Below are positions 40,614 to 50,960 of a stretch of 64,000 nucleotides of DNA, one piece after another. The notes below the pieces were generated by a model that did not search any database, had not been told where the DNA came from, and worked only from the letters and a program-made list of their open reading frames with translations. Positions within the stretch are counted from its first letter, which is position 1, and every line of letters starts with the position of its first letter. This DNA comes from an uncultured Pseudomonadota bacterium (GTDB taxonomy: Bacteria; Pseudomonadota; Alphaproteobacteria; RF32; CAG-239): assembly GCA_949295995.1 (NCBI GenBank), contig CASFNK010000002.1:46286-110285 (forward strand), in the 5' to 3' direction. A program made the translations under genes and the position numbers.

Positions 40614-41156
40614 ATGAGAAAGACGCAACGCACCAAAAAATACTTTGCGCCGCAAACAGAGGACAAAGAGCGCAAATGCGATCACCCCGGTTGTAACCAA
40701 GCGGGAGAATATCGCGCACCCAAAGACCGCTCGTTAAAAGAGTATTATTGGTTTTGCCTAAAACACGTTCAGGAATATAACGCGAAGTGGAATTACTATG
40801 CCGGAGAGATTCCCGACGAAGACGAGAGCGAAAAGGCCAGAATGCGTTTTAGTTTTCGCTCCAAAGTTCGCTACAAACACGGTTATACTTTTAAGGATGA
40901 CTTTGGCTTTTTTGGGGAATATGGCACAGCTTTTGGGAGTGCGCAAGAAGAGAAATATTTTAGTGCCGAAGAGCGAAAATGTCTGGAAATAATGGAATTA
41001 AAAATTTCCGAAGTCAGCTTAGAAAGCCTGAAAAGACAATATAAAAAACTGGCAAAAAAATATCACCCTGACGCCAATCACGGTGATAAAGAAGCCGAAG
41101 AAAAGTTCAAGCAACTCACCAACGCTTATAGTTTGTTGCTGGCAAAACTTTCCTAA
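40614..41156 (+). CDS. J-domain protein (C-terminal J domain, N-terminal Cys/His-rich region)
   Basis: [20 protein letters not shown] (HPD motif) at the C-terminus. N-terminal CDHPGC...FCLKH. Confidence 0.8.
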   Translation: MRKTQRTKKYFAPQTEDKERKCDHPGCNQAGEYRAPKDRSLKEYYWFCLKHVQEYNAKWNYYAGEIPDEDESEKARMRFSFRSKVRYKHGYTFKDDFGFFGEYGTAFGSAQEEKYFSAEERKCLEIMELKISEVSLESLKRQYKKLAKKYHPDANHGDKEAEEKFKQLTNAYSLLLAKLS

Positions 41157-41158
41157 GC

Positions 41159-41833
41159 TTATTTAATGCAAACATCAGGTGCGCGAAGATAGATAGGTTT
41201 AGGGTAATCGGTAGATTTTTTCTGAAATTTACGAATGGCGCATAAAGCCAAATCTTCAATATCCAGATGTGGTTTGATTAAAATTGCGTGGAGGCTCAAA
41301 CCGGTCGGTGTAGCCAAAAATCTTTCCACCCCGTCGCCGATAAACGAAACCTTTTTACCTCTAATCTCGGCAATAATATCTTCTCTGGAGAGAGCATTTG
41401 GCTCAGAGATTTTGTTGAGGTGTTTATCAAAGAGTTGGAAGTAAAAATCTTCTCTTTTGGTTTCAATAATCACGGCATTAACCGGAGCAATTTCCTCAGG
41501 GTTCCACGACAAAGAGTAAGCGTAAGCATCGAAAGCCGAAACGCCGGTAACCACCATTTTGGGGCAGGCAAAAGCAAAGGCTCTGGCCGCTGAAATACTG
41601 GAACGCACGCCTGTAAAAGAGCCGGGTCCCGTACAAACAGCCATCAAATCCAAATTTTTGACTTGCAGATTGTGTTTTTGTAAAAGATTTTGAATAGCCG
41701 GAATAAGCACTTCGGCTTGACCGAAATCCATTTCCTCCACAAATTTATCGAGGCATTTTTCCTCTTTCATCAAAGCAACCGAACAACCGGCAGCGGTAGT
41801 ATCAAAAGCAAGACTATACATAATTTTGTTCAC
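41159..41833 (-). CDS. tsaB: tRNA t6A37 biosynthesis protein TsaB (YeaZ)
   Basis: LAFDTT..CSVAL N-terminus and GPGSFTGVR motif. 224 aa. Confidence 0.85.
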   Translation of the reverse strand: MNKIMYSLAFDTTAAGCSVALMKEEKCLDKFVEEMDFGQAEVLIPAIQNLLQKHNLQVKNLDLMAVCTGPGSFTGVRSSISAARAFAFACPKMVVTGVSAFDAYAYSLSWNPEEIAPVNAVIIETKREDFYFQLFDKHLNKISEPNALSREDIIAEIRGKKVSFIGDGVERFLATPTGLSLHAILIKPHLDIEDLALCAIRKFQKKSTDYPKPIYLRAPDVCIK

Positions 41834-41918
41834 TTAGCAGTTTTTAATGTTTGAATAATTTGTTTTATATTATAAATTCACAACAGATACAATAATTTTA
41901 TGGTATATTTGCGTTAAA

Positions 41919-43604
41919 ATGAACGAAGCCTTACTGATAAATATGTTTTATGCCGCGCCGGAACTCTGGTATATGTTGGGTTTAGGCTTAATAATTTTAT
42001 TATCATATCTGGGTATGCGAGAAATAAAAATATTAAAATTAAACCAACGCAACTACTTTTTGAATCGAGACCGAGAACGCTATGCCGAAACGCTTTACGC
42101 CTCTAAGGACGGGTATTTTGCCTTTATCTATCCTGATGAAAAAGTAAACGACCCCAGAAAGACTATAAAAGAGCATTGTTCACGCCGTTTAGCCGTTATT
42201 ATGAATTTGCCTTCGGGAACAAAGTCAACTTTTGAAGATATTTTAAAAAATTTTTCCAAGGAAGACAGTAGCAAAATTCAAAAATATGTTAATTTTTTGA
42301 AAGAAGAAGGGATATCATTTGAAGATGAGTTTTTGCTCAAAAACACCAATAAACACCTTAATCTTTCGGGCTGCCGCATAAATGCTTTGGACGGGAATGT
42401 ATATTGCGATATGATATGGTTTCGAGACATCAGCCGCGATACCAATAAGATTTTGGATTTGGAAGCAGAGAAAAATAAAGCACTGGCGAAAGTCAACCGT
42501 CTGGAAGATTTGATAGATAATATTTCTTTTCCGATTTGGCTGAGAGATGAAAATCTCCGCCTTCAAGAGGTCAATAAAAAATATCTGGAATTTACCAAAG
42601 AAAAAAGCAAAGAAGATGTAATTTCTAATCAAACCGAAATTCAAAATTTGAATAACGAGAGTGTTTCAGCGAATTTAGCATTACAGTCTCAAGCCGCCAA
42701 TAAAGAGCGCAAACAAACCATAAATTTGGTCAAGAGCGGAGAGCGTCGCAGTTTTGAGGTTATAGAAACACCGTTTCACGGAGAAGAATTGGATAAAATC
42801 CATACGGCAGGTGCTTTGATAGATGTAACGGCGTTAGATGAGTTAAGGCGCAATTTCAAACTTCATCAAAACGCGCATTTAGAGATTTTGGGTGCGTTGG
42901 GAACGGCTTTTGCCGTGTTTGATAATTCTTACAAACTGTCATTTTACAACAAATCTTTTGTATCTTTTTGGGGGCTGGAAGATGTCTGGTTGGAGACCCA
43001 CCCGAGTTATAGCTCATTTTTAGATGTTATTAGAGAAAAAAGATTGTTGCCCGAAGTCCCAGATTTCAGAAGTTACAAGTCCGATGAGCAAAAAGACTTT
43101 TCAAGAATCATCGAACCCAAGGAAGATATGCTCCACTTGCCTAATGGCAATACGATTCGCCGCGTTCGTGCGCCATATCCTTTAGGCGGACTTGTCTTTG
43201 CCTTTGAGGATGTATCGGACCGCTTGGCAACCAGAAGAGCGTATAATTCTTTGCTATCCGTTCAGCAAGAATTGTTGGATAATTTATTTGACGGCGTGGT
43301 AATTTTTGGCTCCAACGGTAGGCTGAAATTTTATAATCAGTCGTATTTGAAACTTTGGAATTTACCGGAAATATTTTTGCAAAAGGAACCGAATATATCA
43401 GAGCTTTGGGAGGCTCATCAAAGATATTTCACTTATGTTGATAATTGGCCGGAACTCAAAAAGGATATTATTAATCACATTATGAGCACCACCACCAAAA
43501 CCTTTAGCCTGACCCGCAATAACAATACGGTGGTAGAGGTATTGTCATCATTGCTGTCGGATGGTTCAATTATGGTAACGTGCAAAAAAGAAATGGCAAG
43601 CTGA
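41919..43604 (+). CDS. Membrane-anchored multi-PAS sensor-like protein without a kinase domain
   Basis: N-terminal TM helix. At least two PAS-like repeats (GTAFAVFDNSYKLSFYNKSF..; DGVVIFGSNGRLKFYNQSY..). No H-box or HATPase motifs before the stop. Confidence 0.55.
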   Translation: MNEALLINMFYAAPELWYMLGLGLIILLSYLGMREIKILKLNQRNYFLNRDRERYAETLYASKDGYFAFIYPDEKVNDPRKTIKEHCSRRLAVIMNLPSGTKSTFEDILKNFSKEDSSKIQKYVNFLKEEGISFEDEFLLKNTNKHLNLSGCRINALDGNVYCDMIWFRDISRDTNKILDLEAEKNKALAKVNRLEDLIDNISFPIWLRDENLRLQEVNKKYLEFTKEKSKEDVISNQTEIQNLNNESVSANLALQSQAANKERKQTINLVKSGERRSFEVIETPFHGEELDKIHTAGALIDVTALDELRRNFKLHQNAHLEILGALGTAFAVFDNSYKLSFYNKSFVSFWGLEDVWLETHPSYSSFLDVIREKRLLPEVPDFRSYKSDEQKDFSRIIEPKEDMLHLPNGNTIRRVRAPYPLGGLVFAFEDVSDRLATRRAYNSLLSVQQELLDNLFDGVVIFGSNGRLKFYNQSYLKLWNLPEIFLQKEPNISELWEAHQRYFTYVDNWPELKKDIINHIMSTTTKTFSLTRNNNTVVEVLSSLLSDGSIMVTCKKEMAS

Positions 43605-43695
43605 CCGCCGCTTTTAGAGTTTGATTTGACAAAAAAGTATTTTTGTGGCAAATTATAGATGTTTGTTGCAGATAACTATAAAAATGGAGCAATAA

Positions 43696-44532
43696 ATGAC
43701 AGATAATTCTTCTAATCCCAATATAGAATGGAAGAAAAGTGGTTTTGGCACGACAGAAAAGCTCAGCTTAAAGATAAACGCTCGCGAGGCGATAAAATAC
43801 AATGCCAAAAACAAAAATGTAATTCAAACCAACAATCCCTTAACGCCGGCTGATTTGCCCGCCGGATTAAAAAAAATCCGCAAAAAAATAAAAGATGTCT
43901 TTGATGAAGACGAAGATGAAGACGAAATAATCATTGCTACACCGGTTCAGTCTTTGCAAGAGAGCAATTCTTTGTATAACGCGCTCAATGACGAAGAAAA
44001 GAAAATTCTCAAACAGCAAGAAACCCTACAAAACATTAAAATGCAGCAAGACGCCGGCAAATTAGAAGCATTGAGTTTGGCGGCTCATGCTTTGCAAGAA
44101 CAAGGCGTTGAAGGTTTGAGTCAACAAACGGTAGCGAGAGTTATGCAAGACGCCGCTCCGATGAACAAGTCGCTTGAAAATCTGGTCAAAAAGGACTTGG
44201 TAAAAGGGCTGAAGTTAAAAGATGAAAATTTATCCGAAGGGCGCTATATTCAAATTTTGCGAGGTATTAATAACCTCAAACGAGCTGGTGGTCTTAAGGC
44301 CGTTGAAGGCTTGAGCCTTCGAGAGGTTGAGCGAGCTTCTGACGAAAAGCAGGTTGCCAAGGTCTTGCTTGAAAAAACCGGTCGTAAGGAGCCTAAAAAG
44401 AAACGCCAAATAGAAAAACAAATAGATAAGAAATTGCAAAAGAGCGGAAAAAATAAGCAAATACAAGTATCACGCAAAAATTTGTCTTTTCATACTTTGG
44501 AAGAAAAATCCCGCCAAGAGCGAGGCAAATAG
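43696..44532 (+). CDS. Hypothetical Lys/Glu-rich protein (278 aa)
   Basis: GGAG SD upstream. Highly charged, with an acidic DEDEDEDE stretch. No family recognised. Confidence 0.45.
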   Translation: MTDNSSNPNIEWKKSGFGTTEKLSLKINAREAIKYNAKNKNVIQTNNPLTPADLPAGLKKIRKKIKDVFDEDEDEDEIIIATPVQSLQESNSLYNALNDEEKKILKQQETLQNIKMQQDAGKLEALSLAAHALQEQGVEGLSQQTVARVMQDAAPMNKSLENLVKKDLVKGLKLKDENLSEGRYIQILRGINNLKRAGGLKAVEGLSLREVERASDEKQVAKVLLEKTGRKEPKKKRQIEKQIDKKLQKSGKNKQIQVSRKNLSFHTLEEKSRQERGK

Positions 44533-44533
44533 C

Positions 44534-45943
44534 TTAAGCATAACTGAGTTGTCTGGCGTCATAATTGGCCAATATTTTGGCAATTGTTCCTTCCAAATCC
44601 TCTTTTTGCCGCGATTCGATAAGCTCAATAATTTCAATTTCTTTTTTATCTAATCGACGATTAATGCCGATAGAGTCGTAATATTGTTTACTCAAAGTGA
44701 AGAATTTTGCCGCTTGCAGGCTGTTTCCTTGCGCATAGTAGTATTGTGAAAGAATTTTTCTGGCATTAGCGACGAGTTGCGGCGAGAGTTCTTCATCCGC
44801 CATATCCAAAACTTTATTATACGCCCAAATAGCTTTCTGGTTATTTTCCAGCAGATGATACATATCGGCCAGTCGGCCCCAAGCAATGAGGTTTTGCGGA
44901 GCCAGTTCAACCGCCAGTTCGAAAGAACCGGTTGCAAGAGTAATATCGGATAAGGCGGCGAGCGAGCCAAAAGTTGAAGAGTAGCAAGAAGTTTCCATAA
45001 AGATTTTATCTCGTCTTTCACCAACAGGCATGGTAGATGCAATTTCAATATTTTCATCCATCACCGCCTCTATAAGGGCTAAAGCCAAGGAGGCATCGCC
45101 TTCCGCCAAATGATATAAGGCCTCGCCTTCATCGGGCAGGTTCTTTTCGGCCTTTACTTTTTTGAACTTTCCGCTCACGGCGAGAGCAATAAAATCCTTA
45201 ATTGCGGTAATAGTTTGCAAAATATCATCTTCGGAATTTTCGCCCTGATTCCGAAACATGATTGTCTGGGCAATTTTGAGTTCATCCACGCCGCGTCCAA
45301 TCATATCAATAATCAAAGCCACCAAGTCGTTTAGAGATTTCTTGGTTTGTTGGTATTTGAGCAACGCCGGATCAAGTTTTGAATTATTATCATCAAGGTC
45401 GATTTTTTTGCCTTTTTTCCAATCTAAATCAATCATATTGTTTTTGGTGTCTTTATTAGCTTTTTCGGCAGATTTTTCTTCTTTGGAATTTTCATTTTCT
45501 TGAGGAAGTTCTTTTAGTCGAGTTTTTTCCGCCTCATCGTCAAAGACAAAACTATTATCAGCTTTTGCCAGATTCAGTTCATTTGCCAGCTCGCGTTCAA
45601 GCTCTCTTTCTTCATTTTGCTCAGCGATTTCTTCTTCATTATTTTCTTCTTCATCCGTATATTCGGTATATTCAAAACCATCTTCTTCCGTGTTGGCATT
45701 TTTTTTGCTTTCACTCTTAAAAAAGGCGATGATTGATTTAACGTACAAAGAAATGATGAGCAACAAAAACAGTGCCACGGCGATCAGCATTAAAACAATT
45801 GACGCAACGCGCAAGGTATTGGCGCCGTCCCAATAGCTGGAAAGAAAGGCCAAAACCGATTTTATGTCATGAGCGATAATGCCGAAATAATCTGAAGATG
45901 AAAGAGTTATTATCCGTTCAAGCATAATTTTACAAGGCACCAT
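44534..45943 (-). CDS. Hypothetical membrane protein with acidic linker and TPR-like C-terminal region
   Basis: One TM helix (aa ~45-70), a Glu/Asn/Lys-rich linker, and a helical repeat region (..AWGRLADMYHLLENNQKAIWAYNKVL..). Confidence 0.5.
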   Translation of the reverse strand: MVPCKIMLERIITLSSSDYFGIIAHDIKSVLAFLSSYWDGANTLRVASIVLMLIAVALFLLLIISLYVKSIIAFFKSESKKNANTEEDGFEYTEYTDEEENNEEEIAEQNEERELERELANELNLAKADNSFVFDDEAEKTRLKELPQENENSKEEKSAEKANKDTKNNMIDLDWKKGKKIDLDDNNSKLDPALLKYQQTKKSLNDLVALIIDMIGRGVDELKIAQTIMFRNQGENSEDDILQTITAIKDFIALAVSGKFKKVKAEKNLPDEGEALYHLAEGDASLALALIEAVMDENIEIASTMPVGERRDKIFMETSCYSSTFGSLAALSDITLATGSFELAVELAPQNLIAWGRLADMYHLLENNQKAIWAYNKVLDMADEELSPQLVANARKILSQYYYAQGNSLQAAKFFTLSKQYYDSIGINRRLDKKEIEIIELIESRQKEDLEGTIAKILANYDARQLSYA

Positions 45944-46013
45944 TTACAAATTAAAAATAAGTGATTAATATAACGACAAACAATAGGGAAACTTTAGCAG
46001 AAATAAATTAATA

Positions 46014-46928
46014 ATGGGTTACCTCAGCCAAAAAAAACACCACGAACGGATAAATATGTTGCTTAATGTGTCATTAGGCATAATTAGCATTACCACCATT
46101 TTAGCTCTGATGGATAACACCACGGGCTTTAGCACATTTATCAACCAGTGGCAGTTTCAAATTTATGTTTATTTGCTGCTAGTTTTTGTTTGCGCGTTGT
46201 TTAATAAATTTTTCTTGCAAACCTTTTTTGCTTTTTTATTGATAATAGTCAATTACACATTTATAGCCTCCAGTGCCAATTTATTTAACAGCAGTCATAG
46301 TGATGGCACGGAACAATTGACGCTTCTCTATCAAAATCGTACCAAATCGGGGGCAGATTTAATGCGCCAAGCGGTTCACTCTCAGGCAGACATAGTTGCG
46401 CTCAATCGAGCCCGAACCAAAAATTTTGGTCTTGAATCCGAACCACAGTATCATTTATATAATGAGGATGAGGAACAAGGCTCAAGTTTTATCATCAGTA
46501 AATTTACGCCGCTTCGTTCGGGTAAATTGATTTTATCAAAAAATTATGTCGGTTCATATATGGAATTTTTGGAAGGCTCTCAGCCTTTGGTTCTGATAAA
46601 TGTTGACTTTAGCGGAATTACGCGTAGTGAAGAAAAAAACGTTTATAAAAATTTGAGTAAATTTGTCGTAATGCAAGACAATCCGGTAGTGATAGTTGGT
46701 AATTTCGGCATTCCCGCTTGGGCAAAAACATTTCAAAAGTTTTTGAACAAAACCGGACTTGAGGTCAAAAATCGTATTATTCTGAGTGATGGTTCGGTTT
46801 GGTTTAATCCGTTCAGCGTTCCGAGTTTAAATGTTTTGGCTTATAAAAAATTCGGAGTTAAAGATGTGAGTTTTTTGCCAAAAGAAAAGAACGGTATGCA
46901 CCCCTTGCTAATTGAGTTGAGCTTTTAG
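46014..46928 (+). CDS. Membrane-anchored endonuclease/exonuclease/phosphatase (EEP)-like protein, catalytic residues apparently substituted
   Basis: N-terminal TM helices plus an EEP-like block order. Has ALNR where QE/LEV is expected and VGNFG where GDFN is expected. Confidence 0.4.
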   Translation: MGYLSQKKHHERINMLLNVSLGIISITTILALMDNTTGFSTFINQWQFQIYVYLLLVFVCALFNKFFLQTFFAFLLIIVNYTFIASSANLFNSSHSDGTEQLTLLYQNRTKSGADLMRQAVHSQADIVALNRARTKNFGLESEPQYHLYNEDEEQGSSFIISKFTPLRSGKLILSKNYVGSYMEFLEGSQPLVLINVDFSGITRSEEKNVYKNLSKFVVMQDNPVVIVGNFGIPAWAKTFQKFLNKTGLEVKNRIILSDGSVWFNPFSVPSLNVLAYKKFGVKDVSFLPKEKNGMHPLLIELSF

Positions 46929-48392
46929 TTTTTGGAGCTCTTTTTCCAACAAGTCGGACATTTCTTTATCTTCTAATTCAAGTGCTAAATCTTGAGCGGC
47001 TTGAAGATGTTTTTTTGCTTGTTCTGTTTGTCCGATTCTCAACTCCAAAAGCCCGATATTTGCATAGTCGCAAGCCTGCCCGCTGAGACGGTTATTTTTT
47101 TGCTCTTGTTCGAGAGATTGCTGAAACAAACCCTTTGCGCGCCGCAAATCCCCTTTTTGCAAAAAGATAAGTCCCAACAAGCTGTATGCATTGGCAATAT
47201 GAAAACAAGAGGCTTCATTTTTTGCTTGCTGGATAATATTTCTCAAAACGGATTCGGCATCAGTAAGCAAATTTTGCGCATAAAGCGCTTCCGCCTGCAA
47301 ATAAAGGCAGTTTAAGCGAGCCGCCACATTTTCATCTTGCCTGTAAAAATTTTCGGCTTCTTTTGCTTTTGCTAAAGACTTGTTGAAATTTTTTTGCGCC
47401 GCCCAAAAATAGCTAAACAGTTCGGCATTAAGAGCTTTACCGGTAAGTTTGGGCGATTCCTTAAAGATTTTTTGCGCCGCAACAAGCGAACTTTTTGCTT
47501 TTGTAAAATTTTTGCTCAACAAATGTAGTAATCCGATTTGATTAAGAATTTCAGCCATATCTTCCTTTGCCTGAGCGTTTGCGAGCAAAATTTTAGCTTC
47601 TTCAAAATATTTTTCGGCCACGTCAAAATGTTCTCCGGCGGTATTTTGCATTCCCAAATTTGCCAAAGCCAATGCTTTTCCTTGCGGCAAATGGAGTGTA
47701 TCAAAAATTTTGCCGGCACTTCGGAACATTAATTCGGCGACATCATCAACAAAAGACACGCGGTAGATTGTCCCAAGCAACAAATAGTTTTTTGCCAAAA
47801 AGAAAGAGGCTTTTGCTTTAATAAAATATTTTTCGGCCTTAACGCAAGATTGCGAGGCTGCCAACAAATCACCCTCTTGCAAGCAAAAATGCGTTTGCGC
47901 GAAATAATAAATACCGCAGGCAAAAGGTGAGCATTTCTTGAGATTGATGTTTTCCAAAATCGCCCAAGCCTCAGCCAAATGATTTTGCGTAAGATAAAGA
48001 GCCGCCAATAAGGCATTTGCTTCAGTGCTTTGCGGAAAGGAGCTTAAGAATTTTTCTAAGTCAGAGAGTGCTTGTTTGGGGTTAAAATGGGCTTTGAGAG
48101 CCAAAGAGAGCAAGGTTTTGTGTTTTTTTTGTAAATACTTTTCGGCGAGAGAATATTTTCCCTCGCACAAAGCCAGAAGAGCCGATTTATTTTTAAGGAG
48201 GACTTTAATAATCTGATACAAAAAAGGCTCGGCAAAAAACACGTCTAAGTTTGAAAATTTGGCCTTTTTCCAAATAGCTTTTTGTGTGAGTTTGAAGAAA
48301 TAGTCATATTTTAGTCGCCGCCAAAAACGCCATACCCAAAATAGAGAGGCTGAAATCAAAAAAATTATGATAAATTCTAAAAATGCCATCAA
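46908..48392 (-). CDS. TPR repeat protein with N-terminal TM anchor
   Basis: Repeated A..Y...A......A..F..A 34-aa-type helical repeats throughout. 21-nt convergent overlap with the EEP-like ORF. Confidence 0.6.
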   Translation of the reverse strand: MMAFLEFIIIFLISASLFWVWRFWRRLKYDYFFKLTQKAIWKKAKFSNLDVFFAEPFLYQIIKVLLKNKSALLALCEGKYSLAEKYLQKKHKTLLSLALKAHFNPKQALSDLEKFLSSFPQSTEANALLAALYLTQNHLAEAWAILENINLKKCSPFACGIYYFAQTHFCLQEGDLLAASQSCVKAEKYFIKAKASFFLAKNYLLLGTIYRVSFVDDVAELMFRSAGKIFDTLHLPQGKALALANLGMQNTAGEHFDVAEKYFEEAKILLANAQAKEDMAEILNQIGLLHLLSKNFTKAKSSLVAAQKIFKESPKLTGKALNAELFSYFWAAQKNFNKSLAKAKEAENFYRQDENVAARLNCLYLQAEALYAQNLLTDAESVLRNIIQQAKNEASCFHIANAYSLLGLIFLQKGDLRRAKGLFQQSLEQEQKNNRLSGQACDYANIGLLELRIGQTEQAKKHLQAAQDLALELEDKEMSDLLEKELQKLKAQLN

Positions 48393-48452
48393 AATCTTTA
48401 CGCTAAATTAGTTATTTTCGAGTTATGTTGAGGATAGTATTTCTAAAATTAT

Positions 48453-50906
48453 ATGTATAGGGATTTTTTCAAAATGACAATCTCGAAATTAAGCAGAGAC
48501 GAACTTTATCGGGTATGTGATCCTAAAAAGTTCAGTTTTACCAGCACGGCCGACTTGGAAGAAAGACTATCGGCTTTAGGTCAAGACCGAGCCATCAGTG
48601 CGGTAGAATTAGGTATCAACATCAAATCCAAAGGCTACAACTTGTTTTGCCTAGGGCCTGAAGGCACGGGCAAAACCAGCTTGGTAAAAAGAATTTTGGA
48701 AAAAGAGGCCAAGAGTCGTCCGACACCGGATGATTGGGCTTATGTTTACAATTTTGAAGAACCCTATCGTCCGAAGGCAATCAATTTTCCGGCAGGCGAG
48801 GCCACGGAATTTGCCAAAGACATTGATAAGCTAATTGAGGAATTGAATACCTCAATCGGTGCAATATTGGATAGTGAAGAATACAAAGCCGCCGAAAACA
48901 TCATCAAAGAAAAATACAAGCAAAAGAAAGAAGAATATGTCCGTATTTTGCAAAAGAAAGCCAAAGGCAAGAGCGTGTCTTTGCTGCACATGCCGGTAGG
49001 CTTGGTGGTTGCTCCGGTTAAGAATGGCGAAGTGTTAAGCCCTGATGCGTTTGATGAACTGCCTGAAGAAGAGAAAAAGTCATTAATTGAAGACTTAAAC
49101 TATATGCAGGCCGAAATTGAAAATACGGCGCAAGACTTGCCCAATTGGGAAGAAAAACAACGTAAAGAGTCGCAACAATTACGTGAGAAATTTATCAAGG
49201 CGGCGGTAAAAAATCCGGTTGATGAACTCCGACATAAATATAAAGCGCACAAAGGAGCTGTTGAGTTTTTAAAAAACATTCAAAAACACATAGTTGATAA
49301 TATTGATGAATTTTTACCGGCTCAAGAGCAAGCACAAGCAGGTACGGGAGAGGAAGACCCGTTATCTGCGTTGTTGAATCGTATGAACAAGTCAGATGAT
49401 GACAAATTTGCCAAATTAAAAGTAAACGTCATTGTCAAAAACGAGAAAGATTCGGGAGCCCCGATAATCTTGCTTGACCATCCGACCCAAGCCAATTTGG
49501 TCGGAAGGGTTGAAAGAATACAACAATACGGTGCCCTGGTAACAGACTTTACCTTGATTAAGGCCGGTGCATTGCACCGTGCAAACGGTGGTTTCTTGCT
49601 GATGGATGCAAGAAAGTTGTTATTGCAACCCTATTCTTGGGATTCGTTAAAACGAGCCCTTTCTTCCAAAACGGTCAAGATAGAAACCCCGAGTGATGAA
49701 AGCTGTTTCACCACGATTTCGCTAGACCCATGCCCGATTCCCTTGGATGTCAAAGTCATTTTGACCGGTGATGAGGAATTATATGAGGTTTTGAGCGAAC
49801 GCGACCCTGACTTTAGAGACTATTTCAAAGTTGAGGCAGACTTTGGTGTCTTAATGGATAGAACTTATGACAACGAGATTGAATATGCCAAGTTGATAGG
49901 TTCACTTTCAAAGAAGAAAAAGATTCGTTCTCTGAACAAACAAGCGGTTGCGAGAGTAATCGAATATTCTTCACGCTTAGCGGAGGATTCAGAGAAATTG
50001 ACCGCGCATATTGCCTCAATCGGCGACTTGTTGCGAGAGGCGGACTATTGGGCACGCAAGTCCAAAGCCAACCAAATCGGCAAAAACCACATTGAACAGG
50101 CAATATCCGAGCAAATCTATCGGAGCGACCGCATCAAACAAGCCATGCTTGAGCAAATTGATAAAGGCACGATATTAATTGATGTCGAGGGTAAAAAAGT
50201 CGGACAAATAAACGGCTTGGTTGTCTATAATTTCTCAAGTATGTCATTTGGTAAGCCCTCACGCATCACGGCACAAGTTCGTTTGGGCAAAGGCGAGTTT
50301 ATCAATATTGAACGCGAAGTAGAGATGAGCGGTCCGATACACAATAAGGGCGTTTTGATACTTTCTTCATTAATCGCCAATCGTTTTGCCAAAGAATCTC
50401 CGTTGTCTTTGTCAGCCTCGATTGTGTTTGAGCAGTCATACGGTGGGGTTGACGGCGATAGTGCGTCTTCAACCGAATATTATTGTTTGCTGTCGGCAAT
50501 TTCCAATATTCCGATAAAGCAAAACATTGCGGTTACGGGCTCAATCAATCAGTTTGGTGAGATTCAACCAATCGGCGGCGCAAATGAAAAGATTGAAGGC
50601 TTCTTTGATGTCTGCCGTCATAGAGGATTAACCGGAGACCAAGGTGTGATAATCCCGCGCACCAATGTCAACAGCCTGATGTTGAGAGAAGATGTGCTTC
50701 AGGCGGTGGATGAAGGCAAATTCCACATTTGGGCGGTTGATACGGTTGATGACGGAATAGAGATATTAACCGGCGTTCCGGCCGGCAAGCCCAACAAACA
50801 TGGCGAATTTCCGAAAGGAACGGTCAACTATGCTGTCAGCAAAGGCTTAGAGCATTATTATAAATGCTATGTCAAATATGCTAAAGAAACGCACGGCTGC
50901 CTATAA
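48453..50906 (+). CDS. Lon-like protease family protein (AAA+ N-domain plus S16 Lon C-terminal protease domain)
   Basis: Walker A GPEGTGKTS. Lon_C catalytic serine context GVDGDSASS and downstream Lys (GGANEKIEGFF). ~800-aa architecture. Met8 is an alternative start. Confidence 0.82.
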   Translation: MYRDFFKMTISKLSRDELYRVCDPKKFSFTSTADLEERLSALGQDRAISAVELGINIKSKGYNLFCLGPEGTGKTSLVKRILEKEAKSRPTPDDWAYVYNFEEPYRPKAINFPAGEATEFAKDIDKLIEELNTSIGAILDSEEYKAAENIIKEKYKQKKEEYVRILQKKAKGKSVSLLHMPVGLVVAPVKNGEVLSPDAFDELPEEEKKSLIEDLNYMQAEIENTAQDLPNWEEKQRKESQQLREKFIKAAVKNPVDELRHKYKAHKGAVEFLKNIQKHIVDNIDEFLPAQEQAQAGTGEEDPLSALLNRMNKSDDDKFAKLKVNVIVKNEKDSGAPIILLDHPTQANLVGRVERIQQYGALVTDFTLIKAGALHRANGGFLLMDARKLLLQPYSWDSLKRALSSKTVKIETPSDESCFTTISLDPCPIPLDVKVILTGDEELYEVLSERDPDFRDYFKVEADFGVLMDRTYDNEIEYAKLIGSLSKKKKIRSLNKQAVARVIEYSSRLAEDSEKLTAHIASIGDLLREADYWARKSKANQIGKNHIEQAISEQIYRSDRIKQAMLEQIDKGTILIDVEGKKVGQINGLVVYNFSSMSFGKPSRITAQVRLGKGEFINIEREVEMSGPIHNKGVLILSSLIANRFAKESPLSLSASIVFEQSYGGVDGDSASSTEYYCLLSAISNIPIKQNIAVTGSINQFGEIQPIGGANEKIEGFFDVCRHRGLTGDQGVIIPRTNVNSLMLREDVLQAVDEGKFHIWAVDTVDDGIEILTGVPAGKPNKHGEFPKGTVNYAVSKGLEHYYKCYVKYAKETHGCL

Positions 50907-50919
50907 GGATAAAAAAAGA

Positions 50920-50953
50920 GCCCTCTTTCTAACTTTTAGAAAGAGGGCATTTT
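50920..50953. terminator. Bidirectional intrinsic terminator (Lon-like gene / SPFH gene)
   Basis: 12-bp perfect stem GCCCUCUUUCUA / UAGAAAGAGGGC flanked by an A-run and a U-run. Confidence 0.7.
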
Positions 50954-50960
50954 AGGAACA

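Noticed and set aside
48453-50906. Lon-like protease as BrxL of a BREX defence system.
   Set aside because: No PglX-type methyltransferase, PglZ phosphatase, BrxA/B/C or other BREX genes are nearby. The neighbours are TPR and SPFH genes, and the only methyltransferase is 18 kb away in a PTS operon.
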